A program made the position numbers and the translations under genes. Under the pieces are notes generated by a model. That model was given only the letters and a program-made list of their open reading frames with translations, searched no databases and was not told the origin of the DNA. Positions 62,492 to 64,000 of a DNA stretch of 64,000 nucleotides are shown here, in pieces (the stretch's first letter is position 1; the number at the start of each line of letters is the position of its first letter). The DNA is from Obrimoposthia wandeli (taxonomy: Eukaryota). The stretch covers positions 310,001 through 374,000 of the forward strand of contig CDROCS010001101.1 in assembly GCA_977020255.1 (NCBI GenBank), read 5' to 3'.

Positions 62492-64000
62492 ATGCAAACT
62501 GCCAAAGATCTTTTTTCATATCCAAAATTTCAGAATCGGGTGACAAAACCCGCACCGTTTTTGCCAATGACACGTGCAGAAATGGATATACTCGGTTGGG
62601 ATAGCTGTGACGTTATTGTCGTTACAGGTGACGCGTATGTCGATCACCCAAGTTTTGGTATGGCTATTATCGGCAGAACCTTAGAAGCACAGGGCTTCCG
62701 CGTTGGTATCATTTCTCAACCAGATTGGGAAAGTGTAGAACCATTTAAAGAATTAGGTCGTCCGAATCTATTTTTTGGTGTTACCTCAGGTAACATGGAT
62801 TCGATGATTAACCGTTATACATCAGATCTTAAATTACGTCATGATGATGCTTATACACCAGGTGACATCGGCGGCAAACGTCCCGATCGCGCTGTTTTAG
62901 TTTATACCCAACGTTGTAAGCAAGCATTTAAAGAAGTGCCTGTTGTGATTGGTGGTATTGAAGCAAGTTTACGCCGTATTGCCCATTATGATTATTGGTC
63001 TGATAAAGTACGTGGTTCTGTATTACCCGATTCAAAAGCTGACATGCTTATTTACGGTAATGCTGAACGTCCACTTATTCAAGTGGCACATCGTTTAGCC
63101 AATGGCGAATCGATCAAAGACATTAAAGATGTACGTGGTACGGGCGTAATGCTTAAAGAACCACTGCCTACTTGGAAAGGTCTTGATTCTCGCACCTTAG
63201 ATACACCAGGAAAAATCGAACCAATTATCAGTCCTTATACTGAAATTGATGAAACCTGTTCTAAACAAGATTCACAAGAACAAGTAATCGATAATTCAGA
63301 CGCTAACGTCGCTAAACCAGTCGTTATGCAAGCACCTAAGCAAATGCCATGGCATGAAACTTATATTCGCCTGCCTGATATGGAAACAGTGAAAAAAGAT
63401 AAAATGTTATATGCGCATACATCACGTGTATTTCATCAAGAAACTAACCCTATTTCATCACGTGCATTGATTCAAAAACACGGCGCACGTGAAGTATGGT
63501 TAAACCCACCAGCAACACCACTTGCTGAAGGTGAAATGGATGGCGTATTCGATCTAGCCTATGCACGCGTTCCACACCCAAGTTATGGCGATCAAAAGAT
63601 CCCTGCTTATGACATGATCAAAACGTCGATCAACATTATGCGCGGTTGTTTTGGTGGTTGCTCTTTCTGTTCGATTACCGAACATGAAGGCCGTGTAATT
63701 CAAAGTCGTTCTGAAGATTCGATTGTGAAAGAAATGGAAGCTATCCGCGATAAAGTACCCGGTTTCACCGGTGTTATTTCCGATCTTGGTGGCCCAACGG
63801 CAAACATGTACAAATTAGGCTGTATGAGTGCCAAAGCAGAAGCGACTTGTCGCCGTCTGTCTTGCATCTTCCCGTCAATTTGTGCACATATGGATACAGA
63901 CCATACACCAACAATTGATTTATACCGTCGTGCACGTAAAGTACCGGGCATTAAGAAAATCTTAATTGCATCAGGCGTACGTTATGATTTAGCGATTGAA
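62492..64000 (+). CDS. ygiQ: YgiQ family (UPF0313) radical SAM protein, 3'-truncated by window edge (missing from ORF track)
   Basis: Hand translation gives [43 protein letters not shown] and later [22 protein letters not shown] (CxxxCxxC). Confidence 0.95.
   Translation, partial: MQTAKDLFSYPKFQNRVTKPAPFLPMTRAEMDILGWDSCDVIVVTGDAYVDHPSFGMAIIGRTLEAQGFRVGIISQPDWESVEPFKELGRPNLFFGVTSGNMDSMINRYTSDLKLRHDDAYTPGDIGGKRPDRAVLVYTQRCKQAFKEVPVVIGGIEASLRRIAHYDYWSDKVRGSVLPDSKADMLIYGNAERPLIQVAHRLANGESIKDIKDVRGTGVMLKEPLPTWKGLDSRTLDTPGKIEPIISPYTEIDETCSKQDSQEQVIDNSDANVAKPVVMQAPKQMPWHETYIRLPDMETVKKDKMLYAHTSRVFHQETNPISSRALIQKHGAREVWLNPPATPLAEGEMDGVFDLAYARVPHPSYGDQKIPAYDMIKTSINIMRGCFGGCSFCSITEHEGRVIQSRSEDSIVKEMEAIRDKVPGFTGVISDLGGPTANMYKLGCMSAKAEATCRRLSCIFPSICAHMDTDHTPTIDLYRRARKVPGIKKILIASGVRYDLAIE

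Overview
Core-chromosome window of an AT-rich (roughly 40% GC by eye) marine gammaproteobacterium. Protein sequences and gene order look most like Moritella (inference from recalled AcpP/FabF sequences and a fab cluster lacking fabH). Housekeeping blocks: ycfH-holB-tmk-mltG, yceD-rpmF-plsX-fabD-fabG-acpP-fabF, maf/rluC/rne, thrS-infC-rpmI-rplT, pheST-ihfA, lolCDE/PilZ/mfd/csiV, ybgI, fabV, a HAD nucleotidase and a partial ygiQ. I found no tRNA, rRNA, transposase, integrase, prophage gene or CRISPR array. The two most interesting accessory modules are as follows. (1) 1.0-6.3 kb: a ColR/ColS-like two-component system embedded in a GtrA flippase / GT2 / ArnT-like GT-C glycosylation module. Four TYNAC-N6-TYNAC direct-repeat boxes lie here, three of them over the -35 position of three predicted promoters, and the kinase has a periplasmic FExxE motif. 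(2) 51-59 kb: a compact syp-like (sypM-N-O-P-Q-R order) polysaccharide operon in which the SypQ-like GT2 and the SypR-like priming transferase are one fused ORF, an OmpA-like lipoprotein with a 9-nt VNTR is inserted, and no flippase, polymerase or OPX gene is present locally. Other oddities: RNase E with two long tandem-repeat arrays and no recognisable enolase site, ComEC lacking its beta-lactamase domain, infC starting at ATA overlapping the thrS stop, a 7TM-DISM GGDEF-EAL gene between rplT and pheS, and an AT-rich orphan ORF at an apparent synteny breakpoint. All family assignments are by motif recognition only; no searches were run.
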